A stretch of 64,000 nt of DNA from Acidimicrobiaceae bacterium (lineage in GTDB: Bacteria; Actinomycetota; Acidimicrobiia; Acidimicrobiales; Aldehydirespiratoraceae), in contig VXYK01000030.1 of NCBI GenBank assembly GCA_009845995.1, positions 17,440-81,439 of the forward strand, in the 5' to 3' direction. Below are positions 18,916-28,743 of the stretch, one piece after another. The translations under genes were made by a program, and so were the position numbers. The stretch's first letter is position 1. The number at the start of each line of letters is the position of its first letter. Below the pieces are notes generated by a model. The model did no database searches. It saw nothing but the letters and a program-made list of their open reading frames with translations, and was not told where the DNA came from.

Positions 18916-20052
18916 TTACAAAACGCTGAAGGCGGCGCGCATCTCGGCGACGAAAAGGTCGGGTTGTTCCCATGCGGCGAAATGACCGCCTACGGAGAGT
19001 TCGTTCCAGTAGCAGATGTTGGTGTAGCGCTTCTCGGCCCAGCGCCTGCTGGCTCGGATGATCTCTTTGGGGAAGATGCTGCAGCCGGTGGGGACTTCAA
19101 CGTCGTCGTCGCCGAATTGGGCGAAGCTCTCCCAGTAGAGCCGGGCCGATGACGCGGCTGTGGCGGTGAACCAGTAGATCGAGATGTTGTCGAGCATCTG
19201 ATCGAAGGTCAGGGCGCTGCGCGGGTCGCCGTCGTTGTCGGTCCAGGCCCACATTTTCTCGCCTATCCAGGCGCATTGACCGGCGGGAGAGTCAACCAGG
19301 CCGTAGCCCAGACTTTGTGGACGGGTCGACTGCTGTTTGGAGTAGCCCGAGTCCCAGCGGTCGTAGTGGCCCAGGGCTTCCAGCGCTGCTTGCTCTTGTT
19401 CGGTCGGTTCTGCCAGCGATTCGGGCGTGGGTCCAGCGACGGGCATGTTGGTGTGTATGGCTCGAACGTTGCCGAGATTCTGCGATCCGATGGTGGTGGT
19501 GACCGCACTGCCCCAGTCGCCTCCTTGGGCGACGTAGGACTCGTATCCGAGCCGGACCATCAGCGTGTTCCAGGCGGTTGCGATCCAGGGCACACCCATT
19601 CCTGCCCTCGCGGGTTTGCCGCTCCAGCCGTAGCCCGGCAGCGACGGGATCACCAGATGGAACGCGTCGGCTGCGTTGCCGCCGTGGTTGGTCGGGTCGG
19701 TGAGCGGCCCGATCACTGCCATGAACTCGGCCACAGAACCCGGCCAGCCATGGGTGAGGACCATCGGGGTGGCATCGTCGTGAGGCGAACGGACGTGCAG
19801 GAAGTGGATGTCGAGTCCGTCGATCTCGGTCAGGCAGTTGTCATAGGAGTTGAGCTCGGCCTCGAAACGACGCCAGTCATATTCGGTAGCCCAGTACTCG
19901 CAGAGCATCTGCGTGTAGGTGAGGGGAATGCCTTGGGACCAGTCGCTGACCGCTTCGGCTTCGGGCCAGCGGGTTCGGGCCAAGCGCTCGTGCAGATCGT
20001 CGATTGCCGAGTCGGGTATGTCGATGGTGAAGGGCCGGATGTCGTCGCTCAT
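18916..20052 (-). CDS. Epoxide hydrolase (alpha/beta hydrolase with EHN N-terminal domain)
   Basis: N-terminal PFTIDIPDSAIDDLHERLARTRWPE, HGWPGS oxyanion block, GGDWGS nucleophile block. Confidence 0.85.
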   Translation of the reverse strand: MSDDIRPFTIDIPDSAIDDLHERLARTRWPEAEAVSDWSQGIPLTYTQMLCEYWATEYDWRRFEAELNSYDNCLTEIDGLDIHFLHVRSPHDDATPMVLTHGWPGSVAEFMAVIGPLTDPTNHGGNAADAFHLVIPSLPGYGWSGKPARAGMGVPWIATAWNTLMVRLGYESYVAQGGDWGSAVTTTIGSQNLGNVRAIHTNMPVAGPTPESLAEPTEQEQAALEALGHYDRWDSGYSKQQSTRPQSLGYGLVDSPAGQCAWIGEKMWAWTDNDGDPRSALTFDQMLDNISIYWFTATAASSARLYWESFAQFGDDDVEVPTGCSIFPKEIIRASRRWAEKRYTNICYWNELSVGGHFAAWEQPDLFVAEMRAAFSVL

Positions 20053-20109
20053 CTCCGCATGGTGCTAGGCCCGACCGCTAACAGCAAACCGAGCGTAGGC
20101 TCACGAGTC

Positions 20110-21186
20110 ATGGATCTGCCTGTTGTGCCGCCGTTGAAGCCGATGTTGGCAAAGGCGATCGACGGGATTCCTGAGCGCGGCGACCTCGCTTTCGAACCCA
20201 AATGGGACGGCTTCCGCTGCATCGTTTTCCGTGACGGCGATGAGATCTACCTGGGCTCGCGCAACGAAAAACCGCTCACCCGCTACTTCCCGGAACTCCT
20301 GGCGCCTCTGCATCGGTGTCTGCCGCAGCGCTGCGTTGTAGACGGCGAGATCATTGTGACCGTCGACGACCATCTTGGTTTCGATGCGCTTCAGCAGCGG
20401 ATCCATCCTGCGGTTTCGCGAGTCGAGCGCCTGTCTGAGGAGACCCCCGCCGAGTTCGTGGCTTTCGATGTGCTAGCCGTCAACGACACCGCTTTGATCG
20501 ACGAGCCTTTCCGGGATCGTCGCAGAATCCTCGAAGCGATCTCTTCGGGTTTCGAACCGCCGGTTCATCTGGTGCCTTCCACACTCGACCGGACTGTCGC
20601 TGCGGAGTGGTACGTGCGCTTCGAGGGCGCGGGGCTCGACGGACTGATCGCCAAGCCCTGCGACGGCACCTACCTGCCCAACAAACGGGCTCAGTTCAAG
20701 GTCAAGCACACCCGCACTGCCGATGTGGTCGTCGCCGGTTACCGCATGCATAAGGACGGCAACGGTGTGGGCTCGCTGCTCGTTGGTTTGCACGATGATG
20801 AACAGCGGTTGCATCACATGGGCGTGGCTTCAAGTTTCAAAGCGAACCTGCGAGCCGAGCTCGTCGACACTCTGGCCCCCAACATCATTGAGGATTTTGC
20901 TGATCATCCTTGGTCGGAGTGGATGAACCCGCAGGCTCACGAAGGAGGCTTGATGCCGGGTGCTCCGTCACGCTGGAGTAGCGGCAAGCCGTCTCAGGAT
21001 TGGACTCCGCTTGATTGCGAGTTGGTGGCCGAAGTGAAATACGAGGCTGTTCTCAACGGTCGGTTCCGGGGGACGACCCGTTTCGTTCGTTGGCGGCCGG
21101 ACCGGGAGGCTGTGTCTTGCGAATACAGCCAGCTCGAACAGGCGGTGCCTATGGGAATCAGCGAAGTATTGAACGCCGAAGGTTGA
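20110..21186 (+). CDS. ATP-dependent DNA ligase (LigC-type, core adenylation + OB domains)
   Basis: The track ORF 19276..21186 is artificially extended antisense through the epoxide hydrolase gene. The real ATG is at 20110 (MDLPVVPPLKPMLAK). Motif I is EPKWDGFRC. Confidence 0.88.
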   Translation: MDLPVVPPLKPMLAKAIDGIPERGDLAFEPKWDGFRCIVFRDGDEIYLGSRNEKPLTRYFPELLAPLHRCLPQRCVVDGEIIVTVDDHLGFDALQQRIHPAVSRVERLSEETPAEFVAFDVLAVNDTALIDEPFRDRRRILEAISSGFEPPVHLVPSTLDRTVAAEWYVRFEGAGLDGLIAKPCDGTYLPNKRAQFKVKHTRTADVVVAGYRMHKDGNGVGSLLVGLHDDEQRLHHMGVASSFKANLRAELVDTLAPNIIEDFADHPWSEWMNPQAHEGGLMPGAPSRWSSGKPSQDWTPLDCELVAEVKYEAVLNGRFRGTTRFVRWRPDREAVSCEYSQLEQAVPMGISEVLNAEG

Positions 21187-21272
21187 GCCGTGCGCGTTGT
21201 TTGGCAACGACATTGGTAAAAGCGCATTCATCACGCTATTATTGATTCATAACTACTGCTCTGGAGAGGCCC

Positions 21273-21800
21273 ATGCCGAGCCCCGACAAGTTCGCTCACG
21301 TCGTTCTGCGCACAACTCAACTTGAAACCATGGTCGACTGGTGGACAACGGTTCTAGAAGCGAATGTGCGCTTCGGCAACGACTTCATCGCCTTCATGTC
21401 CTACGACGAGGAGCACCACCGGATAGCCATCATCAACATGGCCGGCATGCCCGCCGCGGAACCCGGACGGGTCGGTGTCGACCACATCGCCTACACCTAC
21501 GCCTCGGTTGACGATCTATTCGAGAACTACCAACGCCTCAAGGACCTCGGAATTGAGCCGTATTGGACGATTCACCACGGAGCGACACTCTCGAGCTATT
21601 ACCGCGACCCAGACGGCAACCAGGTCGAGCTCCAGGTCGACACCATGTCGTTGGCCGAGGCCGACACGTTCATGCGATCGCCGGTCTTCGCCGCCAACCC
21701 CATCGGTATCGACGTCGACTTCGATCAGCTGGTCCAACTCCATGCCGCGGGCGAACCGGAAGAATCCCTGCTCGCCTACCCGGCTCCCGCTGCGACCTGA
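21273..21800 (+). CDS. VOC family protein (glyoxalase / extradiol dioxygenase fold)
   Basis: FAHVVLRTTQLETMVDWW... and VDHIAYTY..., DPDGNQVELQ, which are typical paired beta-alpha-beta-beta-beta modules. SD GGAGAGG precedes the ATG. Confidence 0.8.
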   Translation: MPSPDKFAHVVLRTTQLETMVDWWTTVLEANVRFGNDFIAFMSYDEEHHRIAIINMAGMPAAEPGRVGVDHIAYTYASVDDLFENYQRLKDLGIEPYWTIHHGATLSSYYRDPDGNQVELQVDTMSLAEADTFMRSPVFAANPIGIDVDFDQLVQLHAAGEPEESLLAYPAPAAT

Positions 21801-21844
21801 AGCCGACGGTTCACCCACCGAGCTGCACACACTTCGTTTCGACG

Positions 21845-22717
21845 TCAACCGTCGAAACCTGCGAACAGCCGATGAGCCCTCTGCGCGATCCGTTCTGCAC
21901 CGATTACTGAACAACGCTCATCGAATCCGGACCCTGGACCCGCCCAAAGCATCTCATCGACCGATGCGCTCACCGGGGCGTCCAAGTCGACAGTGGCGAT
22001 GCGCCGAAACAGCAGCGCTTCCTCGAAGTACTCGCTGAGCGTCAGCGCCAGCTTTGCGCCACCACGGACATCCACGTTCCACGCCGTCACGTCGAACGGA
22101 ACCTGGTCGATGTGGCCGAACTTCGACAGGATCTTGGCCGCAGACTTCGCCCCCCAGCCCGCAAGCCCCGGGAAGCCGTCAGCGGTGTCTCCCACCACTC
22201 CGAGATAGTCGGGAATCGACTCGGGCGGCACCCCGAATTTCTCGATGACCCCCTCGCGGTCGTAGGTGATACCACGGCGACGATCAAGCTGCACCACTCG
22301 CCCGTCGGCAGTCACGCATTGAGCCAGGTCCTTGTCGGGCGTGCAGATGATGACTTGTTCGACCCGCGGATCAGCAGCGGCCATTGCCGCGCCGGCCGCC
22401 AGCCCATCGTCGGCTTCGTGGGTGATCTGCGGCCACACCGCGAATCCGGCGAGTTCCAGCAGCTCCTCCACCTCGGCGAACTGCGCGAAGAGATCCGGTT
22501 CCACTCCGCTGCCATCCTTGTAGCCGATATAGAGGTCGTTGCGAAACGACTCGATCACATGGTCGGTGGCGATACCGATGTGGGTGGCGCCGTCGGCGAC
22601 GAGGTCCAGCACCGTGTTGAGCACGCCACGCTGCGCACCGAGGCGGGTGTCACGGTTGGACGGGGCGTAGTGGAAGCGGAACAGTTCGTACGTTCCGTCA
22701 ACAAGATGCACAAACAT
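21845..22717 (-). CDS. 5'-3' exonuclease (FEN/PIN-like domain plus H3TH)
   Basis: ATG at 22717 (MFVHLVDGTYELFR). The acidic cluster is ATDH...FRN and TPDKDLAQ. H3TH motif is DGFPGLAGWGAKSAAKIL. Confidence 0.8.
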   Translation of the reverse strand: MFVHLVDGTYELFRFHYAPSNRDTRLGAQRGVLNTVLDLVADGATHIGIATDHVIESFRNDLYIGYKDGSGVEPDLFAQFAEVEELLELAGFAVWPQITHEADDGLAAGAAMAAADPRVEQVIICTPDKDLAQCVTADGRVVQLDRRRGITYDREGVIEKFGVPPESIPDYLGVVGDTADGFPGLAGWGAKSAAKILSKFGHIDQVPFDVTAWNVDVRGGAKLALTLSEYFEEALLFRRIATVDLDAPVSASVDEMLWAGPGSGFDERCSVIGAERIAQRAHRLFAGFDG

Positions 22718-22758
22718 CTGCTGAGCCTCGCACACTCCGGCAACCGGTGTCGCGCTCG

Positions 22759-23160
22759 CTACTCCTGCACCAGTTCGATGAGCGTGCCGAGCGAACCTTT
22801 GGGGTGGATGAAGGCCACCGTGGTGCCCCGTGAACCCGGGCGGGGCGCGGTATCTATGGGCGTGGCACCCGCCGCGACCATCTGGGCGAGCGCTTCGGCG
22901 CAGTCGTCGACGCGGTAACCGACGTGATGCAACCCCTCGCCCCGCTTCTCCAAGTACTTGGCGATCGGGGAGTCGGGCCGGGTCGCTGCGGTGAGTTGGA
23001 TGTAGCTGTCGGCAACCTTTATCAACGCTTCTTCGACGCCGTCTGAGTCGACGATCTCGCGGTGGTGGACCTCGGCTCCGAAGGCCTCGCGGTAGTAGGT
23101 GATCGCAGCCTCGAGGTCGTTGACGGCTATTGCGATGTGGTCGATCTCTGTGAGTTGCAC
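22759..23160 (-). CDS. mce: Methylmalonyl-CoA epimerase
   Basis: 133 aa, IDHIAIAVNDLEAAITYY..., GEGLHHVGYRVDD, HPKGSLGTLIELVQ. Confidence 0.85.
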   Translation of the reverse strand: MQLTEIDHIAIAVNDLEAAITYYREAFGAEVHHREIVDSDGVEEALIKVADSYIQLTAATRPDSPIAKYLEKRGEGLHHVGYRVDDCAEALAQMVAAGATPIDTAPRPGSRGTTVAFIHPKGSLGTLIELVQE

Positions 23161-23201
23161 CCGCTCAGAATACTGCGCAGAGAGTGCTGGGGAACAACCA
23201 C

Positions 23202-23837
23202 CTAAACGGTTCCGGCCGCGGGGGCGGTCTCGCTGCCGTCGATTATCTTGCGCCCTTCAAGGGCACGGCCAAGGGTGAGTTCGTCTGCATATTCGAGGTC
23301 GCCGCCTACCGGCAGGCCCATGGCGATCCGGGTGACCCGCACTCCCATCGGTTTCAGGTATTTCACCAGCAGAGCCGCGGTTGCTTCGCCTTCAAGGTTG
23401 GGATTGGTGGCGACGATGACCTCGGAGATGTCCTCATCGGCGACCCGGCTCATCAACTCTTTGATTCGAAGCTGCTCGACTCCGACACCGTCGATGGGGC
23501 TGAACGCACCCCCCAAGACGTGGTAACGGCCGCGGAACTCCTGCGTTCGCTCAATAGCAACTATGTCTTGACTGTCTTCCACAACACAGACGAGTCCGTC
23601 TTCACGGCGCGGGTTGACACAAATCGGACACTCGTCGCCTGATTCGGAAAGATTGAAGCAGCGTTCGCAGTACGACACTCGTTCTTTCGCCTCGATGATC
23701 GCCTGCGAGAGCGACAGCGCATCCTCGCGCGGCACCTTGAGCAGGTAAAACGCCACCCGTTGTGCGGATTTGGGACCGATCCCAGGCAGTCGCCCCAGTT
23801 GGTCGATCAGCTCCTGCACGGCGTTGGAGTAACTCAT
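23202..23837 (-). CDS. recR: Recombination protein RecR
   Basis: [17 protein letters not shown] (HhH), the C4 zinc finger [17 protein letters not shown], and the Toprim block [14 protein letters not shown]. The ATG overlaps the dnaX stop (ATGA at 23834-23837). Confidence 0.93.
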   Translation of the reverse strand: MSYSNAVQELIDQLGRLPGIGPKSAQRVAFYLLKVPREDALSLSQAIIEAKERVSYCERCFNLSESGDECPICVNPRREDGLVCVVEDSQDIVAIERTQEFRGRYHVLGGAFSPIDGVGVEQLRIKELMSRVADEDISEVIVATNPNLEGEATAALLVKYLKPMGVRVTRIAMGLPVGGDLEYADELTLGRALEGRKIIDGSETAPAAGTV

Positions 23838-25648
23838 TGGTCGACCTTGGCTGCCGATGGGGCTTCGATCTCGGCGCCCGGGAATGCCTCTTCGAGGAGT
23901 TCAACCACCTGATCCGTGTGGGACGACGCGTCTATGAGTTCGTCCAGATCGAGACCGTCCCCGTCCGGGTCAGCCATGTCCGCCTCGGTTGCCGGTTCGT
24001 CAGCCGTTTCAGCCACCTCGACTTGCAGTTCTTCTTCGTGTGGCGGGTCTGCATCGTGGGTTTCGTCCTGGAGCGGGTCTGCCACGGGGCTCTGTTCGGG
24101 TGAGGTGGGGGGTTCATCGGCGAGAGCAGGAGCGTCGGGGACCGAGTCCGGGCCGAATTCATCGACCAGCGCCCACCACAATCGTTGAAGATCATCTTCG
24201 GAGCGCTTTCCTTCGGCGGGACCGAGGAAGCTGTTGGCCCGAGTGACAACCAGGTTGCGCCCCAGCGAGAGATGCAGTCCGGCCAATTCAACGACTTCTT
24301 TCGCCGATTTCGGCAGCAACGACCGGAGGTCTTCTTCAGCAGCACTCTGAGTAGAGGCAACCAGCGGCGGTGCCGGCGGCAGCTTCGGCGCGACGCTGAA
24401 CCCTTCGAGTTGGCGGGGCTCATCGGTTTCCGGCTCAACCGCCGGGACCGACTCTGGTGTAGCCGCAGTTGTCGACGAAGTTACAGGAGCAGCCGCCGAA
24501 ACAGCCGGAGCAGCGGTCGGCGGCGACGCAGCAGGCGGGGCGCCTGCGGCGAGACGGGCTTCCAACTGTTCGATACGCGCCATCAGCGAATCAACGGAAC
24601 TGTCACCAACAGATCGGCACAACCGAACCAGGGCGACTTCGAGATGCACCCGAGGGTCGGGTGCTTGGCGCATCTCCACCAGCGCTGTGCCCAGGGTCTC
24701 CAGGGCTCGCGTGAGCTGCAGGGGAGACATCTGCTCGGCGATCTGTGAGGCGCGCTCCTGCTCGGCCACCGTGATTCGAGGCGGGGGTGAACCCATCGCG
24801 GTCAAGAATGCGTCGCGCAGCCCCGCAACCAGCATCTCGCCGATGGTTCGGGGATCACGCCCCCTGCCCAACGCATCGCCGACCGCGCCGAGTGCAGCGG
24901 CCGTGTCGCTCACGGCAAGGGCGTGAAGCAACTGGTCGGTGGACTGATCGATTTCGACTACTCCACCGGCGGCTACCACGCGGTCGAGCGCACTGAGCGT
25001 GTCTCGGACCGAACCGCCGCCGACCGAAACCACGTAGTCGACTGCGCCGTCGTCGACATCGAGGTCGGCGTCGTCGATAACCCAGCGGACGTGGGCGGTC
25101 ATTTCCTCCGCTCCCAGCAGGCCGAGTTCGAATACTTGGCAGCGGCTCCGAATCGTCTCGACGACTTTGTGGGGCTCGGTTGTGGCAAGCACCCAGACCA
25201 CATGGCCGGGGGGTTCCTCGAGGGTCTTCAACAGGGAGTTCTCCGCTCCCCTGGTCAGCATGTGAACCTCGTCCAGGATGTAGACCTTCATCCTCCCCGG
25301 GTTGACGAGGTTGACTTTGCCCAACAGGTCACGCATGTCTTCGACGCCGTTGTTGCTCGCGGCGTCGAGTTCGTGCAGATCGAAGGAGCGCCCCTGTTCG
25401 ATGGCCGTACAACTCTCGCAGACGCCGCACGGCTCAAAGTCTTCGCCGAGATTCTCACAGTTGAGCGCTTTGGCCAGTACCCGCGCGGAGCTCGTCTTGC
25501 CGGTGCCTCGCGGTCCGCTGAACATATAGGCGTGGCCGACTTGGTCTTTGGCAACAGCGTTGCGCAGGGCCGCAACAACGTGGTCTTGACCGCGGATTTC
25601 GGAGAATTTCTGAGGTCGGTAGCGACGGTAGAGGGACTGATAGGCCAT
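23834..25648 (-). CDS. dnaX: DNA polymerase III subunit gamma/tau
   Basis: [15 protein letters not shown], Walker [10 protein letters not shown], zinc module CGVCESC, Walker B ILDEVHML. There is a long Ala/Pro-rich stretch followed by an acidic C-terminal region. Confidence 0.93.
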   Translation of the reverse strand: MAYQSLYRRYRPQKFSEIRGQDHVVAALRNAVAKDQVGHAYMFSGPRGTGKTSSARVLAKALNCENLGEDFEPCGVCESCTAIEQGRSFDLHELDAASNNGVEDMRDLLGKVNLVNPGRMKVYILDEVHMLTRGAENSLLKTLEEPPGHVVWVLATTEPHKVVETIRSRCQVFELGLLGAEEMTAHVRWVIDDADLDVDDGAVDYVVSVGGGSVRDTLSALDRVVAAGGVVEIDQSTDQLLHALAVSDTAAALGAVGDALGRGRDPRTIGEMLVAGLRDAFLTAMGSPPPRITVAEQERASQIAEQMSPLQLTRALETLGTALVEMRQAPDPRVHLEVALVRLCRSVGDSSVDSLMARIEQLEARLAAGAPPAASPPTAAPAVSAAAPVTSSTTAATPESVPAVEPETDEPRQLEGFSVAPKLPPAPPLVASTQSAAEEDLRSLLPKSAKEVVELAGLHLSLGRNLVVTRANSFLGPAEGKRSEDDLQRLWWALVDEFGPDSVPDAPALADEPPTSPEQSPVADPLQDETHDADPPHEEELQVEVAETADEPATEADMADPDGDGLDLDELIDASSHTDQVVELLEEAFPGAEIEAPSAAKVDQ

Positions 25649-25734
25649 GTTCTGGTCATCCTACTGTGCGTCCGTGACACGGCTGTCGTCAGGAATTTCC
25701 GGCCAATTTGCGGGGCCTGTTCGGCCCCCGTTTC

Positions 25735-25852
25735 CGGGAGTGACGGCCAGGCTATCTGCGGCACACAAGCGGCTCCGCTGAGAGCTGCTGCCTTCCGGCC
25801 CTGACCCGGTTCACGGACGCCTGTTGCACAGGACCCGACCGCCACACCCCGA
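25735..25852 (-). ncRNA. ffs: Signal recognition particle RNA (small bacterial type); ends approximate (+/-15 nt)
   Basis: The minus strand reads ...ACCGGGUCAGGGCCGGAAGGCAGCAGCUC... (complement of 25784-25806). This matches the conserved domain IV GGAA-tetraloop helix (E. coli: GGUCAGGUCCGGAAGGAAGCAGCC). Flanking arms are complementary (GGGGUGUGGCGGUCGGG / CCUGGCCGUCACUCC). It sits in the classic position just upstream of dnaX. Confidence 0.7.
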
Positions 25853-25911
25853 AACGGGAGCGATCAATCCACGCTATCCTTTTGAGCCGATACCCGCACC
25901 AGGGTGTACCC

Positions 25912-25996
25912 GGAGGGTTGCCAGAGCGGCCGAATGGGCACGCTTGGAAAGCGTGTGAGGTGCAAGCCTCCGTGGGTTCAAATCCCACACCCTCCG
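25912..25996 (+). tRNA. tRNA-Ser (anticodon GGA)
   Basis: Hand-folded. The acceptor is GGAGGGU/ACCCUCC with discriminator G. The anticodon stem is CACGC/GCGUG with loop UU-GGA-AA. There is a long variable arm (UGAGGUGCAAGCCUCC). The T arm is GUGGG-UUCAAAU-CCCAC. CCA is not encoded. Confidence 0.9.
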
Positions 25997-26020
25997 CGAA
26001 AAAAGCTGTCGATGACACAC

Positions 26021-26050
26021 TCTGCGCCTCCGATCTCTGCGCCTCCGATC
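26021..26050. repeat. Perfect tandem repeat 2 x 15 nt (TCTGCGCCTCCGATC)
   Basis: Read directly: 26021-26035 is identical to 26036-26050. It lies in the 62-nt gap between the tRNA-Ser 3' end and the SDR gene stop. Confidence 0.9.
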
Positions 26051-26058
26051 ATCTCGGA

Positions 26059-26820
26059 TCAGCGAAAAAAACCGCCCGCTACGACATGGTCCTCACCAGT
26101 GACGTAACTCGCGTGGCTGCTGGCGAGATAGAGCACCGCAGGAACCAGTTCGTGGGGATCACCGATGCGTTTCATCTCGTTGTTCTCAGCCGCAAACTCG
26201 TAGAAACCCGGGATGGCCTCCGCCAACTGGTCCATCATCGGCGTACGGAACGGCCCCGGGCTGACTGCGTTGACCCGAATCCCCGAAGCAGCATGCTGCA
26301 TCGCCATCGACTGGGTGAAGTTCAACAACGCGGCCTTGCTGGCGCCGTACACCGAAACCGGGAAAGCGCCGCGGTAGGCCCCAACCGTGGTGATGTTGAC
26401 GATGCTGCCCGACCCGGCCTCGACCATCTTGGGAATCATCAACTCGCTCATGTGAACCGGCCCCCACACGTTGGTGTCAAACACCCTGCGGTAAGTGTCG
26501 TGTTTGAGCGGCTCAAAATCCGGGCCGGGATTGAGTCCCGCGTTGTTCACCAGAACCGCCACCGCGCCAAGCTCCGCGTGCACTCGTTCACAACAGGCGA
26601 CGATCGCGTCATCGTCGCTCATATCGCAGGCGATCGCCACCGGGCGTGAGATCTCGTAGGTGCCCGCCATCTCAGAAGCCGCCTCCTCGCAATCCTGTTG
26701 AGAGCGCGACGTGAGTACGAGCCGCGCCCCCCACCGGGCGAAGCCCTCGGCGATGGCGCGGCCCAGACCTCTCGTTGCACCCGTGACGACCACGACTTGA
26801 TCGGTGAACTCGCTGTACAT
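26059..26820 (-). CDS. SDR family oxidoreductase
   Basis: VVVTGATRGLGRAIA (TGxxxGxG), NNAG, catalytic YGASKAAL. Confidence 0.88.
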   Translation of the reverse strand: MYSEFTDQVVVVTGATRGLGRAIAEGFARWGARLVLTSRSQQDCEEAASEMAGTYEISRPVAIACDMSDDDAIVACCERVHAELGAVAVLVNNAGLNPGPDFEPLKHDTYRRVFDTNVWGPVHMSELMIPKMVEAGSGSIVNITTVGAYRGAFPVSVYGASKAALLNFTQSMAMQHAASGIRVNAVSPGPFRTPMMDQLAEAIPGFYEFAAENNEMKRIGDPHELVPAVLYLASSHASYVTGEDHVVAGGFFR

Positions 26821-26863
26821 GGCTTGCTTTTCTCGTTTTGTGCTCTTGTTTGCTCGCGGCGAA

Positions 26864-27979
26864 TCAGCTGATCAACTCAGCCAAATCGAGGTCGATCTGC
26901 GCTGCTTGGCAACGCCTGACAACCGTCTTCCACATCTCAAGCGCACGGGCGTTCGACATGTCGAGGTTGGCCATCACGAACACCGGCGTGATCCACGCAT
27001 ACAGGGCACCGCAGCGGTAGTGAAAGCGTGCGTCTTCCAAGGTGTAACCGCGCACTCCCCCCGCGGCCAGTTCTTCCACGTAGATCCCGAGCAGATCCTC
27101 CTCATGGTCGCGGCGCACCTCGGTGTCGAGGCTCTGGGTAAGGAAATAGCCCAAGTCGTAGCCCGGATTGGCTCGGCTGACGGTCTGAAAGTCGATCATT
27201 CGCACCGGCAGCGCAGCAGCATCGGGACCGACCGTCGCGGGAAAATACAGGTTGTCCAGCCGGAAGTCGAAATGGATGAGCGTGTTCGGCGGTTCAGCCA
27301 ACAAGTCCAGCAGACGCCTGCCGTGGTCAGCGATCGTGTCGGTGATCAGCGCATTGGCCGGATCAAGGAGATCCTCGAACTTGTTGCGAAATGTGTCGAT
27401 CGACATGCGGTACAGATCCGAACCCATCGAGTTGCCCTCAAAGTTGATTGCGGGCAGCCAATCAAAGTCAACAAGCTGGGGAGACTCCCAGAAGCGGGCA
27501 TGGAGCGCGGCCATCGTCCGCAACGCGTTCTCGGCGTCGGTTGCACTACATCCGGCCTGCTGATCCCCGAAGCAGCCTCCCTCAAGATTCTCGATCAACA
27601 AGACATGGACTCCCTCAGCAGGCTCTTCGATCACCAGATGGACCGCCGGAACCCGATCATCAAGTTGATGAGCCGCATGCTGAAAGAACCGGCCCTCGCG
27701 CTCGTACAGTCTCGCCGAAGCGAGCATCTCGCGTACACCGGCGTCGTCGACAGGAATCTTGATCACCACGGATCGAGGCATGCTCCCCGGATCACCGGAG
27801 AAATCAAGGTCGAGCTGTGCGACCTCGCACATCCAGCCCGATCCATCGCCCAACTCGTTTGAACCGGCGACCCGAGCCCGCGACCGCCGCGGCAGCGCCC
27901 CCGCGGCAACGAGCGCCTCGGTAAGCCACGTTTCGTCGATGTCTGCAACCGTCGCTGGTGGACTCAAATTGGAGCTCAT
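26864..27979 (-). CDS. Phosphotransferase family protein (APH / EcKinase-like kinase fold)
   Basis: The ATG at 27979 (MSSNLSPP) gives an ATGA overlap with the upstream SDR stop. Brenner-type catalytic loop is HFDFRLDNLYF and the metal-binding block is IDFQT. Confidence 0.8.
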   Translation of the reverse strand: MSSNLSPPATVADIDETWLTEALVAAGALPRRSRARVAGSNELGDGSGWMCEVAQLDLDFSGDPGSMPRSVVIKIPVDDAGVREMLASARLYEREGRFFQHAAHQLDDRVPAVHLVIEEPAEGVHVLLIENLEGGCFGDQQAGCSATDAENALRTMAALHARFWESPQLVDFDWLPAINFEGNSMGSDLYRMSIDTFRNKFEDLLDPANALITDTIADHGRRLLDLLAEPPNTLIHFDFRLDNLYFPATVGPDAAALPVRMIDFQTVSRANPGYDLGYFLTQSLDTEVRRDHEEDLLGIYVEELAAGGVRGYTLEDARFHYRCGALYAWITPVFVMANLDMSNARALEMWKTVVRRCQAAQIDLDLAELIS

Positions 27980-28743
27980 TCGGGTTTCCATTCGTATCCA
28001 GGGGTGGATCCGGCCATCGAACCACCATCGATCGTGAACTCGCCGCCAGCCACATACGAGCTTTCGTCAGATGCCAAGAACAGTGCCAGTTGTGCTACCT
28101 CCTCGGGTGCTCCCGCCCGGCCCAGCGGTAAGTGAGCGAAGCGCGGCTCTTCAGAGCGGGTCTTCGCCGCCGGCAACATGTCGGTGTCTATCGGGCCTGG
28201 AAAGATGGCGTTGACGCGCACGCCGAAGCGTCCCCATTCCACTGCTGCGGTTCGGGTGAGGCCCCGCAATCCCCACTTCGACGAACCATAGGAACCCATG
28301 TAGGGCATCCCGCTCAGCGCCGAAGTCGAAGCCACATTGATTATCGATCCACCGCCACCGGTTCGCATCAGCGGAAGCGCAGCCCGCATCCCCAGGAATG
28401 CTCCGATCAGATTCACGTCGAGCATTGATCGCAGACCGTCGACAGTCTCATGTTCTAGGGGACGGATCCGCAGCGCGCCGGCGTTGTTGACCAGAACATC
28501 GAGCCGACCCAACGCCTCAGCAGCTGATATCGCGTGCCGCCAGTCCTGCTCGGACGTCACGTCGAGCTTCACAGTCTCCGCTGGATCACCCAACGGAGCG
28601 GCCACCGCCTTCGCCTCATCGACCAACACATCTCCAAGAATCACGCGGGCGCCCTCCGCCACGAACAGCTTCGCTGCCGCCGCGCCCTGGCCGCGGGCCG
28701 CGCCAGAAATCAAGACCACTTTCTTGTCGAGTCGGCCAGTCAT
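27976..28743 (-). CDS. SDR family oxidoreductase
   Basis: VVLISGAARGQGAAAA, NNAG, YGSSKWGL. ATGA overlap with the upstream LLM stop. Confidence 0.88.
   Translation of the reverse strand: MTGRLDKKVVLISGAARGQGAAAAKLFVAEGARVILGDVLVDEAKAVAAPLGDPAETVKLDVTSEQDWRHAISAAEALGRLDVLVNNAGALRIRPLEHETVDGLRSMLDVNLIGAFLGMRAALPLMRTGGGGSIINVASTSALSGMPYMGSYGSSKWGLRGLTRTAAVEWGRFGVRVNAIFPGPIDTDMLPAAKTRSEEPRFAHLPLGRAGAPEEVAQLALFLASDESSYVAGGEFTIDGGSMAGSTPGYEWKPE

Noticed and set aside
19276-20109. N-terminal 278 codons of the 636-aa plus-strand ORF preceding the DNA ligase
   Set aside because: This stretch runs antisense through the well-supported epoxide hydrolase gene and is Arg/Gly/Val-rich with no motifs. The ligase homology begins only at the ATG at 20110.
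23834-25648. Programmed frameshift / slippery site in dnaX
   Set aside because: I found no A-AAA-AAG-like or long A-run slippery sequence on the coding strand of this gene.
24923-25804. 293-aa plus-strand ORF
   Set aside because: It is antisense to the motif-rich N-terminal half of dnaX and has no motifs of its own.
25752-26018. 88-aa minus-strand ORF
   Set aside because: It is antisense to tRNA-Ser (it contains the classic GFEPT artefact from the T-arm) and overlaps the SRP RNA. It is not a protein gene.
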